Source: a virus
DNA length: 45,755 bases
Reading direction: 5' to 3' (one strand)
UHGV virus genome: UHGV-0209863
Of the stretch, positions 1 through 7,906 are shown one piece after another (position 1 is the stretch's first letter; every line of letters starts with the position of its first letter). The position numbers and the translations under genes are program-made. The notes beneath the pieces are model-generated. The model searched no databases and was not told the DNA's origin. It was given only the letters and a program-made list of their open reading frames with translations.

Positions 1-294
1 GTGATGTGGTGGACGGTGCTTATCTTCGTCTTGTCTCAGGGACTGCAATTCACCACAACGGAAAGAGCATTTCGGCAATCAAGATGCGTCGCGTTAAGCA
101 AAGAGTGCACATTCCTCGCTTACGTCCAAATGCTCTTACCTGTTGTGTGCCGGTCTTTCCCGGCTGTCAGTTCTTTATTGCCTGTTGAACTCATCGGCCT
201 AACGAGTTTTAACGTCCTTTCAAGTTTGCGCCCGTTGACGGATGTGCTTTATCTTTCGAAAGGCTATCACCGCCTTAAAACTGAATATACCAGA

Positions 295-780
295 CTAATT
301 CACATCACGTCCAACTTTTTCTGCCTGTTGCCACAACATCCCGTCGAACAGTGCCAGGCGTCCGGTTGCACGACGGCGCAGGCCGAGCAGTGGTTTGCCG
401 TTCTGGTTGATGAACTGCGGCAGCTTCTGACGTAACGTAGCGATGTCGCCAGCTCGTAGCGCCTTACCTGTGCCTGTAGTCGCCGCGATAGCGCCAGGGC
501 CAACGTTAAACACCAGGTCAACCATAGCGTCGAACTGCGACTGATTGAGCGACGGATGGGCTACAGCATCGACAGCTTTCACGGCAGCGGCCATATCCTT
601 GTTAAGAAGGATTAGCGCCTGACCTTCCGTAATCTTCTGGCCCTCTTTCACGTCCGGACCGTAATGGCCGAAGCCGATGGTAAAATATTTCTCGTTCTTG
701 GTGGCCTTATACGCCGTGCTTCGAAATTGTTCGAACGCGGCGCTAAAATGGAGTCCGTTGTCTGAAATGTTACGTGGCAT
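295..780 (-). CDS. endolysin, T4-type lysozyme (glycoside hydrolase family 24)
   Basis: 161 aa ORF. The N-terminal catalytic stretch (E...D...TIGFGH) and size are typical of phage lysozymes. It follows two membrane-protein genes on the same strand. Confidence 0.85.
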   Translation of the reverse strand: MPRNISDNGLHFSAAFEQFRSTAYKATKNEKYFTIGFGHYGPDVKEGQKITEGQALILLNKDMAAAVKAVDAVAHPSLNQSQFDAMVDLVFNVGPGAIAATTGTGKALRAGDIATLRQKLPQFINQNGKPLLGLRRRATGRLALFDGMLWQQAEKVGRDVN

Positions 781-791
781 GATAAATCCTC

Positions 792-1103
792 TTATTCGTC
801 AGTGGCTACTTTGTTCAGCGCGTCAGCGGTCTTGTTACCCAGCTCCGCCAGGCGCTTACTGTTGGCCTCATTGGTAACCAGACACTGCTGTAGCACCGCC
901 TTGCGTGCATCAGAGGCTTCCTTGTAGGCGCGCTCCTGCTGTGCCAGCACCTCTTTCGCGCCGGTCGCGGCTGTCCAGTTGCCGATGAGATACCCGATTA
1001 GTATAGCTGACAGAATAACCGCGATGGCTGGAATCCAGAACTGACGAGTCCGCCAGAACACTTTAGCCGCGACCGTAACCTGCCCCTCCGGCATATTGCT
1101 CAT
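792..1103 (-). CDS. lysis-associated type II membrane protein (holin/antiholin-like)
   Basis: 103 aa with one N-terminal TM segment (FWIPAIAVILSAILIGYLIGNW) and a coiled-coil tail. Overlaps the upstream gene by 4 nt and sits immediately upstream of the endolysin. Confidence 0.4.
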   Translation of the reverse strand: MSNMPEGQVTVAAKVFWRTRQFWIPAIAVILSAILIGYLIGNWTAATGAKEVLAQQERAYKEASDARKAVLQQCLVTNEANSKRLAELGNKTADALNKVATDE

Positions 1104-1477
1104 GACGACCCCCGGACGGCGGCTTTGATGTCGCTCAGTTCCTGTTTCAGGCTGTCAATCTGTGAGGACATGTACTGGATTTTATCGAGAGCGGATTTCA
1201 GGTCAGCCTGGTAGGTGAACTTCTCCTGCATCAGTGACGCGATTTGGTTATCCTTCATATCAATGCGCGCCCGAAGTTCCTTGTTCTCATCCTGGAGCTC
1301 GTTAAGCATGTTAACGACCGCCTGTGAGTTAGCAGCGTCGGCCCGGTCGGCGAAGAACTGCTTCCACAGCTTCAGCAGGCCCATACCCACCACGCCAGCG
1401 CCACCGATAATACCGGCAATTGTTCCCACGTCGTTGGGGTCAGCGGCCATATTGTCCACCTTTGCGACAGTGCCCAT
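1100..1477 (-). CDS. putative holin-like membrane protein
   Basis: 125 aa with a single TM (GTIAGIIGGAGVVGMGLLKLW) followed by a long coiled coil. It is the first gene of the lysis cassette on the minus strand. Confidence 0.4.
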   Translation of the reverse strand: MGTVAKVDNMAADPNDVGTIAGIIGGAGVVGMGLLKLWKQFFADRADAANSQAVVNMLNELQDENKELRARIDMKDNQIASLMQEKFTYQADLKSALDKIQYMSSQIDSLKQELSDIKAAVRGSS

Positions 1478-1577
1478 ATGAACACCCCTGGTTAATAATC
1501 AATAGTGATGCCATTCACTCATCCCCGTTCAGCAAGGTATATAGGAATACTCTTAACGCATAATAACCGTTGACAGG

Positions 1578-1607
1578 GAAAATAAAAAGCCCACCTGTCA
1601 GATGGGC
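1578..1607 (-). terminator. rho-independent terminator after the AP2-protein gene
   Basis: Plus-strand A-run then hairpin GCCCACCTGTCAGATGGGC, so the minus-strand transcript reads hairpin then U-run. Overlaps the stop codon of the 1598..1966 ORF. Confidence 0.5.
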
Positions 1608-1966
1608 CTGATATAAGGGCATTTTCGTACCTTCGTAGTGGGCTGCCGTGGGATGTCTGTCGAGCCCTTCCTTCGCCAGTAGCGGTACAGTTTCAGTGCT
1701 ACAACGGCCCGGGCGTGTGTCTCGTAGACGCCCAGGTGGCGGGTCTGCTCGCCGTCATGCACTTTAACCAGCCACATGTTGTGTTCGCGCATGTGGTAGA
1801 TGCCCTTCACCTTTGGATTCTCCATCACGGCTTTAGGCGTCGGCTCTGGCTGTTTCTTTTTGGTACGCCGGGCAGTGGGGACGCAATCCCGGTTGGGCTT
1901 GTACGGCGACGGCGGCGACAGCGACAGGTTAGCCCGGGCTTTGAGGATGTCAGTAGCAAGGCTCAT
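1598..1966 (-). CDS. stand-alone AP2-domain DNA-binding protein
   Basis: 122 aa. The C-terminal GIYHMREHNMWLVKVHDGEQTRHLGVYETHARAVVALKLY fits the AP2/integrase DNA-binding pattern (G-I/V-Y...W.A.I...G...LG.F.T.E.AA.AY). N-terminus is basic. Confidence 0.45.
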   Translation of the reverse strand: MSLATDILKARANLSLSPPSPYKPNRDCVPTARRTKKKQPEPTPKAVMENPKVKGIYHMREHNMWLVKVHDGEQTRHLGVYETHARAVVALKLYRYWRRKGSTDIPRQPTTKVRKCPYIRPI

Positions 1967-2250
1967 AACATATCTCCCTGCATTAGTTCTTCAAGATACC
2001 TGGCGTGAGCCAGAGTTTTGTCGCGCTTGTCCTGTAACAGCTTTGTCAGTGCGGCGCGGGCTCCGTACAGGTTGCCGTACAATGACCATTTATCCTTGTT
2101 CATGGTACGCTTTGAACCGTTCGCGTACTGAAACCGCCAGTAGTTTTTAGACGACTTGATTACAAAACCAACATGCACCTTTGCGTCGCACATCGACGCA
2201 TCTTCCAGATTCATTGGTACAGCGAACTGTACTTGGGCTGGGTTATTCAT
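1963..2250 (-). CDS. hypothetical protein
   Basis: 95 aa ORF, packed in the operon with 4-nt ATGA-type overlaps. Confidence 0.4.
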   Translation of the reverse strand: MNNPAQVQFAVPMNLEDASMCDAKVHVGFVIKSSKNYWRFQYANGSKRTMNKDKWSLYGNLYGARAALTKLLQDKRDKTLAHARYLEELMQGDML

Positions 2251-2366
2251 TTTCGTTTCTCCAGTTGCTTCAGGGCGCGCTGGTATGCAGCACGCAGCCC
2301 TTCCAGTTCACGCTTCAGTGCGCGATTCTCTTCGCGCAGGCTTTCTGTCTCGTCTTTGGAGCTCAT
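2247..2366 (-). CDS. small coiled-coil protein (39 aa)
   Basis: Hand translation gives MSSKDETESLREENRALKRELEGLRAAYQRALKQLEKRK. ATGA overlaps at both ends. Below the 60-aa cutoff of the ORF track. Confidence 0.3.
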   Translation of the reverse strand: MSSKDETESLREENRALKRELEGLRAAYQRALKQLEKRK

Positions 2367-2593
2367 AAGCCGAGCCTCTCTGTCAGTGCCACCGCGTCTG
2401 CATAGGTGGCCTCGTCGACCATCTCATCGCCCGCATCTGCGATAGCTTTAGCGAACGCGTTACGCTCTTCTGTGCGCTGCCGTAGTTGCGCTTCGAGAAT
2501 CAGGTAGTCTTCGTACTTAACCACTTTAACCCAGTCGCTATAAAACTCATCCCCACCGAGTTCACTACCTCTAACTTCATAGCTCTTAACCAT
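2363..2593 (-). CDS. hypothetical protein
   Basis: 76 aa acidic ORF in operon context. Confidence 0.45.
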   Translation of the reverse strand: MVKSYEVRGSELGGDEFYSDWVKVVKYEDYLILEAQLRQRTEERNAFAKAIADAGDEMVDEATYADAVALTERLGL

Positions 2594-2595
2594 GA

Positions 2596-2793
2596 TTATT
2601 TATCTCCCGCCAGTCGTTTAGTTGCACAGATACCGCGAACCTGAATATCGGTCGGGCGGTCTGTGAAGGTTAGTGGCGCGTTCTCTGCCGCGCGGGCCGC
2701 GACACGGCACGCCTCCAGGGTGTAGAACGTTTCCACACCCTCCAGATGTAGCTGGCCCGCCGACATCACCCAAATGAAAAGGACACTGGTCAT
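2596..2793 (-). CDS. hypothetical protein with hydrophobic N-terminus
   Basis: The likely real start is ATG at 2793 (MTSVLFIWVMSAGQ...), overlapping the stop of the upstream gene as ATGA. The ORF track's longer version would overlap its neighbour by 31 nt. Confidence 0.4.
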   Translation of the reverse strand: MTSVLFIWVMSAGQLHLEGVETFYTLEACRVAARAAENAPLTFTDRPTDIQVRGICATKRLAGDK

Positions 2794-3338
2794 TTTAATA
2801 TTTCTCCACAATCCGGACATTCATCACCGAGGTAGAACGCGCTTTCATGGTAGCACACCTGCGTATCTTCCTTACGGCAGCCCGCCTGTTCAGGCTCGGA
2901 CCCAACACCGCACTTAAGACAATGGGACGCTACCGCACCAGAACGGTATTTAAAATCGTGGCTACAACGTAGCTGCCGTAGTTCGGTCATTACTGCGTTG
3001 TAGCTTACGGTCATGTCATCACGTTCGCCGCGCAACTTCTGGTTGCTCACACGCAACTGCTTAACGGTGTTCTCCAGCTCCTTGACGCGACGCTCTGCTG
3101 GCGTAGCTTTAGGTCGGCACGCCTCAATGTCTCCGGCCAGGGCCTTGTCGTTCAGGCCTGGTGTGGTTGCGTCGACTCGCTGTTTAATACCCAGTGCTTT
3201 CTGGTGCATTGTTTCATTTGACAGGAATCCAAGCACATCATGCATCGCATGAGCCAGACGTGACGCGGAGGCCGGTATACCACTGCCGGATGCGAGCAGG
3301 TCAACCATCGCCTGCTGGTGGTCTTTGAGAGTAGCCAT
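2790..3338 (-). CDS. Cys-rich zinc-finger protein, coiled-coil middle
   Basis: 182 aa. C-terminus has about 10 Cys/His in CxxC/CxxH spacing (CSHDF...HCLKCG...CYHE...CPDCG). Confidence 0.45.
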   Translation of the reverse strand: MATLKDHQQAMVDLLASGSGIPASASRLAHAMHDVLGFLSNETMHQKALGIKQRVDATTPGLNDKALAGDIEACRPKATPAERRVKELENTVKQLRVSNQKLRGERDDMTVSYNAVMTELRQLRCSHDFKYRSGAVASHCLKCGVGSEPEQAGCRKEDTQVCYHESAFYLGDECPDCGEILK

Positions 3339-3577
3339 TATTCTTCATCCTCGTCAAAGCCACCCGCATTTGAAGCAACCCGGTGCAGTTCCGCTAAGTT
3401 AACAGCCACCTGTAATTTCTCTTCCAGTCCGGCTATAGCAAGGTCTTTAAGCGTTTGCGCCACCAAAGCGAAATGCGTTTCGCGTACGTCTGTCCCTTTA
3501 GAAGAGATTCGCAAATCAGGGCGGTTACGGTCGTTTACATCTTCAGAAAGGGTGAGTGTGATTGTGAAAGTCTGCAT
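3338..3577 (-). CDS. hypothetical protein
   Basis: 79 aa ORF. GGAG RBS upstream of neighbouring genes supports operon reading. Confidence 0.4.
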   Translation of the reverse strand: MQTFTITLTLSEDVNDRNRPDLRISSKGTDVRETHFALVAQTLKDLAIAGLEEKLQVAVNLAELHRVASNAGGFDEDEE

Positions 3578-3632
3578 ATCTCTGTCTCCGTTGGTTAACT
3601 GATAATCATATTAGCTGAGTAGTATAGTGATG

Positions 3633-3818
3633 TCAACGCAATCTCTTCAACCAGGCGGTATTAGGTCGATATTGGCGCGGGCGGCGTGCCCACTGACGCC
3701 ACACCTGCACCACGTAACGCTCGCTGCCGTTGAGCTGGTAAACCTGGACGATTACCCCGATGTGCGTCTTTCCGCTGCGTGGGTGCGTCCAGGTGACGAT
3801 ATCTTTTAGCTCGAACAT
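3633..3818 (-). CDS. hypothetical protein
   Basis: 61 aa ORF with GGAGACAGAGAT-ATG RBS. Confidence 0.4.
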   Translation of the reverse strand: MFELKDIVTWTHPRSGKTHIGVIVQVYQLNGSERYVVQVWRQWARRPRQYRPNTAWLKRLR

Positions 3819-3887
3819 ATCAGTGACTCGACGTAATCCTGAAGGCGCTGGCGTGCTATAGCTGCTTTGCTTTTAGCTTCCTCAGGC

Positions 3888-3941
3888 CCATACCACATAA
3901 CGTTCGTTATGTGCCCATACCACATAACGTTCGTTATGCGT
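3888..3941. repeat. tandem 27-bp direct repeat, each unit carrying an 18-bp palindrome ACATAACGTTCGTTATGT
   Basis: Units 3888-3914 and 3915-3941 are identical at 26 of 27 positions. Palindromes lie at 3895-3912 (perfect 8+2+8) and 3922-3939 (17 of 18). Confidence 0.85.
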
Positions 3942-4027
3942 CGCTCGGCGGCCACATATGCCTGTAGCAACTGGTTAAACTTAACTTTCTGCTGGTGGGT
4001 CATTTTGCACCTCTGCAATAGGATATA

Positions 4028-4081
4028 TCTTAGTTACGCGTGCGACGGGGTTGAGAAATGTTATGTTGTAACATCACATCT
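4028..4081. repeat. large inverted repeat (9-bp arms GCGTGCGAC/GTCGCACGC) with a nested palindrome
   Basis: Arms at 4028-4036 and 4073-4081. The loop contains ATGTTA..TAACAT. Lies in an intergenic gap on the minus-strand transcript. Confidence 0.5.
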
Positions 4082-4096
4082 GGTCGCACGCCACAA

Positions 4097-4276
4097 TTAC
4101 TTAGAGTCAACCAAACCGTTAACAAACGCTTCCCAGGCATTCTCTGCCTCTACAAAACGGCGTGCAGCGTCCATAGAGTCATTAGTGCTTGCAGCTACAA
4201 ACAACGCCTGTTGGGCTTCGCGCAGCTCGTCTGTCAGCTCACACAGACGGTCGTACTCTTTACTATCAATAGCCAT
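4097..4276 (-). CDS. hypothetical protein (59 aa)
   Basis: The ORF track gives 4097..4348, but a strong RBS (GAGGAG) precedes the ATG at 4276 (MAIDSKEYDRL...). A sigma70-like promoter lies inside the longer version. Confidence 0.4.
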   Translation of the reverse strand: MAIDSKEYDRLCELTDELREAQQALFVAASTNDSMDAARRFVEAENAWEAFVNGLVDSK

Positions 4277-4305
4277 TTTCACATCTCCTCTGTTGGTGTA
4301 CACAG

Positions 4306-4334
4306 ATATTACGACACTAATACTATGATTGCAA
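4306..4334 (-). promoter_or_regulatory. sigma70-like promoter (-35 TTGCAA, 17-nt spacer, -10 TAATAT)
   Basis: Read on the minus strand: TTGCAA at 4334-4329 and TAATAT at 4311-4306. Confidence 0.4.
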
Positions 4335-4479
4335 GTAGCAGCCAACATAATTCTTTGCGCTGCCGGTAGTCGCTTTTATCTTTGCTGCCGTGTTGCATAG
4401 CGAATAATGAATAAGGCGACGTGAGGGATGATGGTGGGGGAAACCCACCCATCTCTCCTCTAAGGAGCAGCCCCCTTAA

Positions 4480-4606
4480 TTCTCCCCCTCGGCAACAAAC
4501 CCAGGCGTGGCGGGCGGGGGAGCCGGGGGAAGACCTCTCCCCCTCGGCAATTTCTCCCCCAAATCTCCCCCTGAATAACTATTCACTTTTTCTGCATAAC
4601 TATTCA
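4480..4606. repeat. repeat-rich G/C-tract region 3' of the primase/helicase gene
   Basis: 15-bp direct repeat TCTCCCCCTCGGCAA at 4480-4494 and 4535-4549. 12-bp direct repeat ATAACTATTCAC at 4574-4585 and 4595-4606, spaced 21 bp. Multiple C5-7/G5 tracts. Confidence 0.6.
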
Positions 4607-4638
4607 CCGCCAACATATCCTCCTGGCTCCCCCGGAGC

Positions 4639-6936
4639 TTAGTTTTCGAGGTCATCTTCCTCTGATGTTGGCTGCGAATCTTCTAAATCGTTAATGTCGG
4701 TCGGGATACGGTACTTAACAAATGTGCCATCTTCGCCGTTGAGGAGCCGCCCGTTTTCGTCGCGTCCGTACCAGATTATTTTCCGTTTTGCCAGGTCCTT
4801 GAGAATCTTGTAGCGGTCGCCGCCCTTGCCGACTATCTTGATGACATCTGCCGGGGTGAACCCTTCGCCGTTGTCGCGCTCGTTCTGCAACTCCTCCAGC
4901 GCGGCGTAAACAGCCTGCTCAGTTCCGCGCAGCATCGGCCCGTCCTGTTTTGTCTTCTTCACGGCCTGGCGTCCGGCATCGGCAGCCTTCGAGTCGAATG
5001 GCAGCAGGGCCACAGGGATGAGGACTAAGGTTTCGTCGCGCGGCTGTGAGTCCAGCGGTTTCACAGTCTGGCCTTCGAGGTACTGGCTGAAGTCCGGCGC
5101 TTCACGGTCTGACTGTAACGCCAGGATAGCGTCGGCATGGCCCTGTGCGACTTCAATCTTGCACTTCGCCAGCAGGAAGCCACGTGGTAATTGCTTAGTG
5201 CTGCCGCGGGCCTTCTCCATGTAGAAGTTCAGACGCAGCGGTTCGGACTCGTCCGGCTGTTCTATGAAATACACGAAGTCAACCGCGCCGTGCAGCGCGC
5301 CAGAGCCGCGACCGATACGACGGGTTCCTTTCTCCGACTTGGCCGGGTGATGGACGACGCCAGCGCACGCACCGGTTTCATCGGCAATCACCTTGAGCGC
5401 CGACGCCACAGTGCCCATGTCGGAGGATGAGTTCTCGTCGAATGGCTTATCAGACAGCGCAACAGACTGGTTCAGTGAGTCGAATGCCACCAGGCCGACC
5501 GGGTCGGTGCCGGCCGTCGTGCGGATATGACGGATGATGGCGCGCTGGCCCGCCTTGCTGGTGATGTCCCAGCCTTCGGATTGCAGGTCAATAATGTGCA
5601 GCCAGTCCAGGTCGTCGCCATAGGTCTTTTGTAACGCCTGCTTACGGTCCAGCGTCGTGCTACCACCTTCGGCATCGAAATAGAAGCTGTGCGACTTAAT
5701 AACCTTCGCACCAGCAAACGGCAGCCCAGCCGACGCGCACGCCATCTGCCCGAGCAGGAAGAATGATTTACCAATGTTAGACTCGCCCACCAGCTCGAAG
5801 GTCGATTTGAAGTTGTACAGCCCGTCGATAATCGGGTCGCGCTTCGTGAATAACGCGCACGGCTCGTCCATCAGGTCTTCGTCCTGGCACACGTGCGCGT
5901 CCAGACCATCGGCTGCCGCCTCTACCTGGTTGCGGTGGACGTGCTCTACTTCGTCCTCGTCCATGAACGGGAACAGCTCGGCGATTTGCTTCTTCGAAAT
6001 GTTATGCGCTTCGGGCAGGTAGCTGTTCGGCACGCCGACAAGCTGAAGCATCATGTGCTGGTGGCTGTTAAGACCGGTGCAATGTTTATGCTGACAGTTG
6101 AAACGCACTTCAGGGTGCAGTGTGTCCGGGAGCAGTATTGCCGTACTGCCGTCTGTGCCGTCGTTATCTGAGTGGCTCATGTGGTTCGGACACTGCACCG
6201 CCCAGCCGCGGCCGGACGGCATCATCTCCAGGCCCATCTCAAACGCCCAGCCCGCAATGGCCTGGCTGTTTTCCGACGCCGCGGCGAGCGACTCTTCGGA
6301 CCAAACCGTGTTGCCGGACTCACTCGGCGGCTCGTAGCCGTTGTTCAGCATACGTGTGACGCGTACCGGTTTGCCTTCACCTTCCCAGAACTCCGCGCCG
6401 TACGGCGGCACGAACATAATGCGCGCGCGTTGGTTAGCGGTCATATCGACACCGGGCGCATCAATCAATCCGAGCTGGTCGAGCATGGCGTGCTGAACGT
6501 GCCAAATTTCATCTGCGGCCATCGGCACGTTAGTAGGGATAAGGAAGCGCACTGCGCGGAGTTCCTCGTCACCTTTGATCGGATGGCGGTCGCCACTGGT
6601 GCTGTGCGCAAAATAGGCCAGGCCCATATCATTAAGCTGGCGGGTTACTTTACGCACTTCACGGGTAGATACACCATCAAGGTCAATGAAGATAAGTGAG
6701 CGGCCAAGCACCGTATCATTAGAGCGCACCTTATCAACGGCAGACGCAATATAGTTCTGCTGTTTCTTCTTGCGGTTGTACTGCTCTTCTGATTCTTTAC
6801 CTGTGAACTCGACGCCCAGGCTTGGCTCGTCGATGTAGTCCATCATCTCCGCGATGAACTCCGGCCAGGTCATATCGTAGTTTTTGGCGCGACGTGATTT
6901 CGCATCGTTGCCGATGGAGAAGAGAATATTTTCCAT
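4639..6936 (-). CDS. bifunctional DNA primase/helicase (AEP prim-pol N-domain, zinc ribbon, RecA-like AAA_25/RepA-type ATPase)
   Basis: 765 aa. DxD motif LIFIDLDG. Cys/His cluster CPNHMSHSD...CQHKHC. Walker A GESNIGKS followed by a RecA-like core. C-terminal winged-helix-like tail. Confidence 0.8.
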   Translation of the reverse strand: MENILFSIGNDAKSRRAKNYDMTWPEFIAEMMDYIDEPSLGVEFTGKESEEQYNRKKKQQNYIASAVDKVRSNDTVLGRSLIFIDLDGVSTREVRKVTRQLNDMGLAYFAHSTSGDRHPIKGDEELRAVRFLIPTNVPMAADEIWHVQHAMLDQLGLIDAPGVDMTANQRARIMFVPPYGAEFWEGEGKPVRVTRMLNNGYEPPSESGNTVWSEESLAAASENSQAIAGWAFEMGLEMMPSGRGWAVQCPNHMSHSDNDGTDGSTAILLPDTLHPEVRFNCQHKHCTGLNSHQHMMLQLVGVPNSYLPEAHNISKKQIAELFPFMDEDEVEHVHRNQVEAAADGLDAHVCQDEDLMDEPCALFTKRDPIIDGLYNFKSTFELVGESNIGKSFFLLGQMACASAGLPFAGAKVIKSHSFYFDAEGGSTTLDRKQALQKTYGDDLDWLHIIDLQSEGWDITSKAGQRAIIRHIRTTAGTDPVGLVAFDSLNQSVALSDKPFDENSSSDMGTVASALKVIADETGACAGVVHHPAKSEKGTRRIGRGSGALHGAVDFVYFIEQPDESEPLRLNFYMEKARGSTKQLPRGFLLAKCKIEVAQGHADAILALQSDREAPDFSQYLEGQTVKPLDSQPRDETLVLIPVALLPFDSKAADAGRQAVKKTKQDGPMLRGTEQAVYAALEELQNERDNGEGFTPADVIKIVGKGGDRYKILKDLAKRKIIWYGRDENGRLLNGEDGTFVKYRIPTDINDLEDSQPTSEEDDLEN

Positions 6937-7030
6937 GCTGCTACCTTTATTTGACTATTTTAGCAACACGTGGCTATAATCGTGTTGCACACACTGAGGT
7001 TTTGTTGTAATGGTTCGACCCACTCTTCGA

Positions 7031-7070
7031 GAAAAGCCCGCACTGTAATTGGTGGCGGGCTTCTTTTTAT
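7031..7070. terminator. bidirectional rho-independent terminator between the Cro-like gene and the primase gene
   Basis: AAAAGCCCGCAC-loop-GTGGCGGGCTTCTTTTT, flanked by an A-run and a T-run. Confidence 0.5.
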
Positions 7071-7227
7071 CCTGTAGTTTTATCGCGAGTTGCTCGGTAA
7101 GAATCTCGCCACGCCAACCACGTATATAGGGATAGCTCTTCCCATTCTTCATCCGAAAATGTTTTGCGAGGGAAATTCTTATTTAACCAGGCGATGTGTA
7201 AGTCTGCTAAATCAGAATCAGTAAACA

Positions 7228-7449
7228 TTATTCTGCGTCTCCTTCTGCCAGCCAGCGCGGGTCTACCTCCAGCACGTCGGCCATCTTGAACAGCAGGTTC
7301 ACATCGGCAATATTGTTACGCCCGCAGCACAGGTGGCTGATTGCCGATTGGGTCACGCCGCAGCGCTGCGCCATCTCAATCTGCATAATGCCTTTCGCGC
7401 GCATGGTTTCACGAAGGCGGGTACTAAACTCGGTCGGTTGTGGCTTCAT
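7228..7449 (-). CDS. XRE/Cro-like HTH transcriptional regulator
   Basis: 73 aa. The HTH stretch is QIEMAQRCGVTQSAISHLCCGRN. It is divergent from the plus-strand early promoter. Confidence 0.8.
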   Translation of the reverse strand: MKPQPTEFSTRLRETMRAKGIMQIEMAQRCGVTQSAISHLCCGRNNIADVNLLFKMADVLEVDPRWLAEGDAE

Positions 7450-7533
7450 TACATAGCTCCTTAGTTGTTTGTCGTCATAATATACATCAGTAATCCCGCG
7501 CCGTACAAGCTGAAAATTATTTTACTAAAGTGC

Positions 7534-7562
7534 TTGCATAACGGATTAGCTTAGTATTATAG
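7534..7562 (+). promoter_or_regulatory. early promoter (-35 TTGCAT, 17-nt spacer, TTATAG) sharing the motif AGTATTATAGTTCA with the 11228 promoter
   Basis: TTGCAT at 7534-7539 and TAGTATTATAG at 7552-7562. About 30 nt upstream of the first plus-strand ORF. Confidence 0.5.
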
Positions 7563-7594
7563 TTCACATCACCAACTGATACGGAGACGGACAA

Positions 7595-7855
7595 ATGACT
7601 TTACGAATTGATGATTTAGAAGTTGAAGCAATCACTGATATCGAAGCGCAACGTAACGGGAAAGTTGCCGTTACTCTTATCGGGGCCGATATAACCGAAG
7701 TTATTGACGCTGACGAAATTGTGACGGAGTACGGCGCAGACGTTCTGCTTGACGCAATCGGAGGGTTTGAAGACTGGCTTGATAAAGGCGGCGTCAAAGC
7801 TGACGAAGTAGCCGAATGGCTAGAGTCACAAGGCTACTTCGTAGAACGTAATTAA
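7595..7855 (+). CDS. highly acidic small protein (candidate DNA-mimic / anti-restriction)
   Basis: 86 aa with 22 Asp/Glu against 6 Lys/Arg. First gene after the early promoter. Confidence 0.5.
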   Translation: MTLRIDDLEVEAITDIEAQRNGKVAVTLIGADITEVIDADEIVTEYGADVLLDAIGGFEDWLDKGGVKADEVAEWLESQGYFVERN

Positions 7856-7906
7856 TCTCAAACGGCAACGCCGGGGCCAAAATCCGGCATATAAAAGGAA
7901 ACAAAA

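Noticed and set aside
1-435. 144-aa plus-strand ORF at the window edge
   Set aside because: It runs antisense to the endolysin gene, has no RBS and a GTG start at position 1. It is a shadow ORF.
3806-4018. 70-aa ORF containing the duplicated ITNVMWYG peptide
   Set aside because: The duplication is a DNA-level tandem of perfect 18-bp palindromes. I treat the region as regulatory and the ORF as doubtful, not excluded.
3888-4606. Possible CRISPR array from the direct repeats
   Set aside because: Only two copies of each repeat, no regular spacer periodicity and no cas genes. These are operator or iteron-like repeats.
6172-6699. 175-aa plus-strand ORF, plus several 70-100-aa ORFs on both strands, inside the primase/helicase gene
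   Set aside because: The Arg/Ala-rich low-complexity translation is typical of antisense frames in GC-biased coding DNA. The primase ORF is continuous with full domain content.
6955-7152. 65-aa minus-strand ORF between the Cro-like and primase genes
   Set aside because: Its middle is the terminator hairpin (KKKPATNYSAGF encoded by AAAAGCCCGC...GCGGGCTT). It is more likely a non-coding terminator region.
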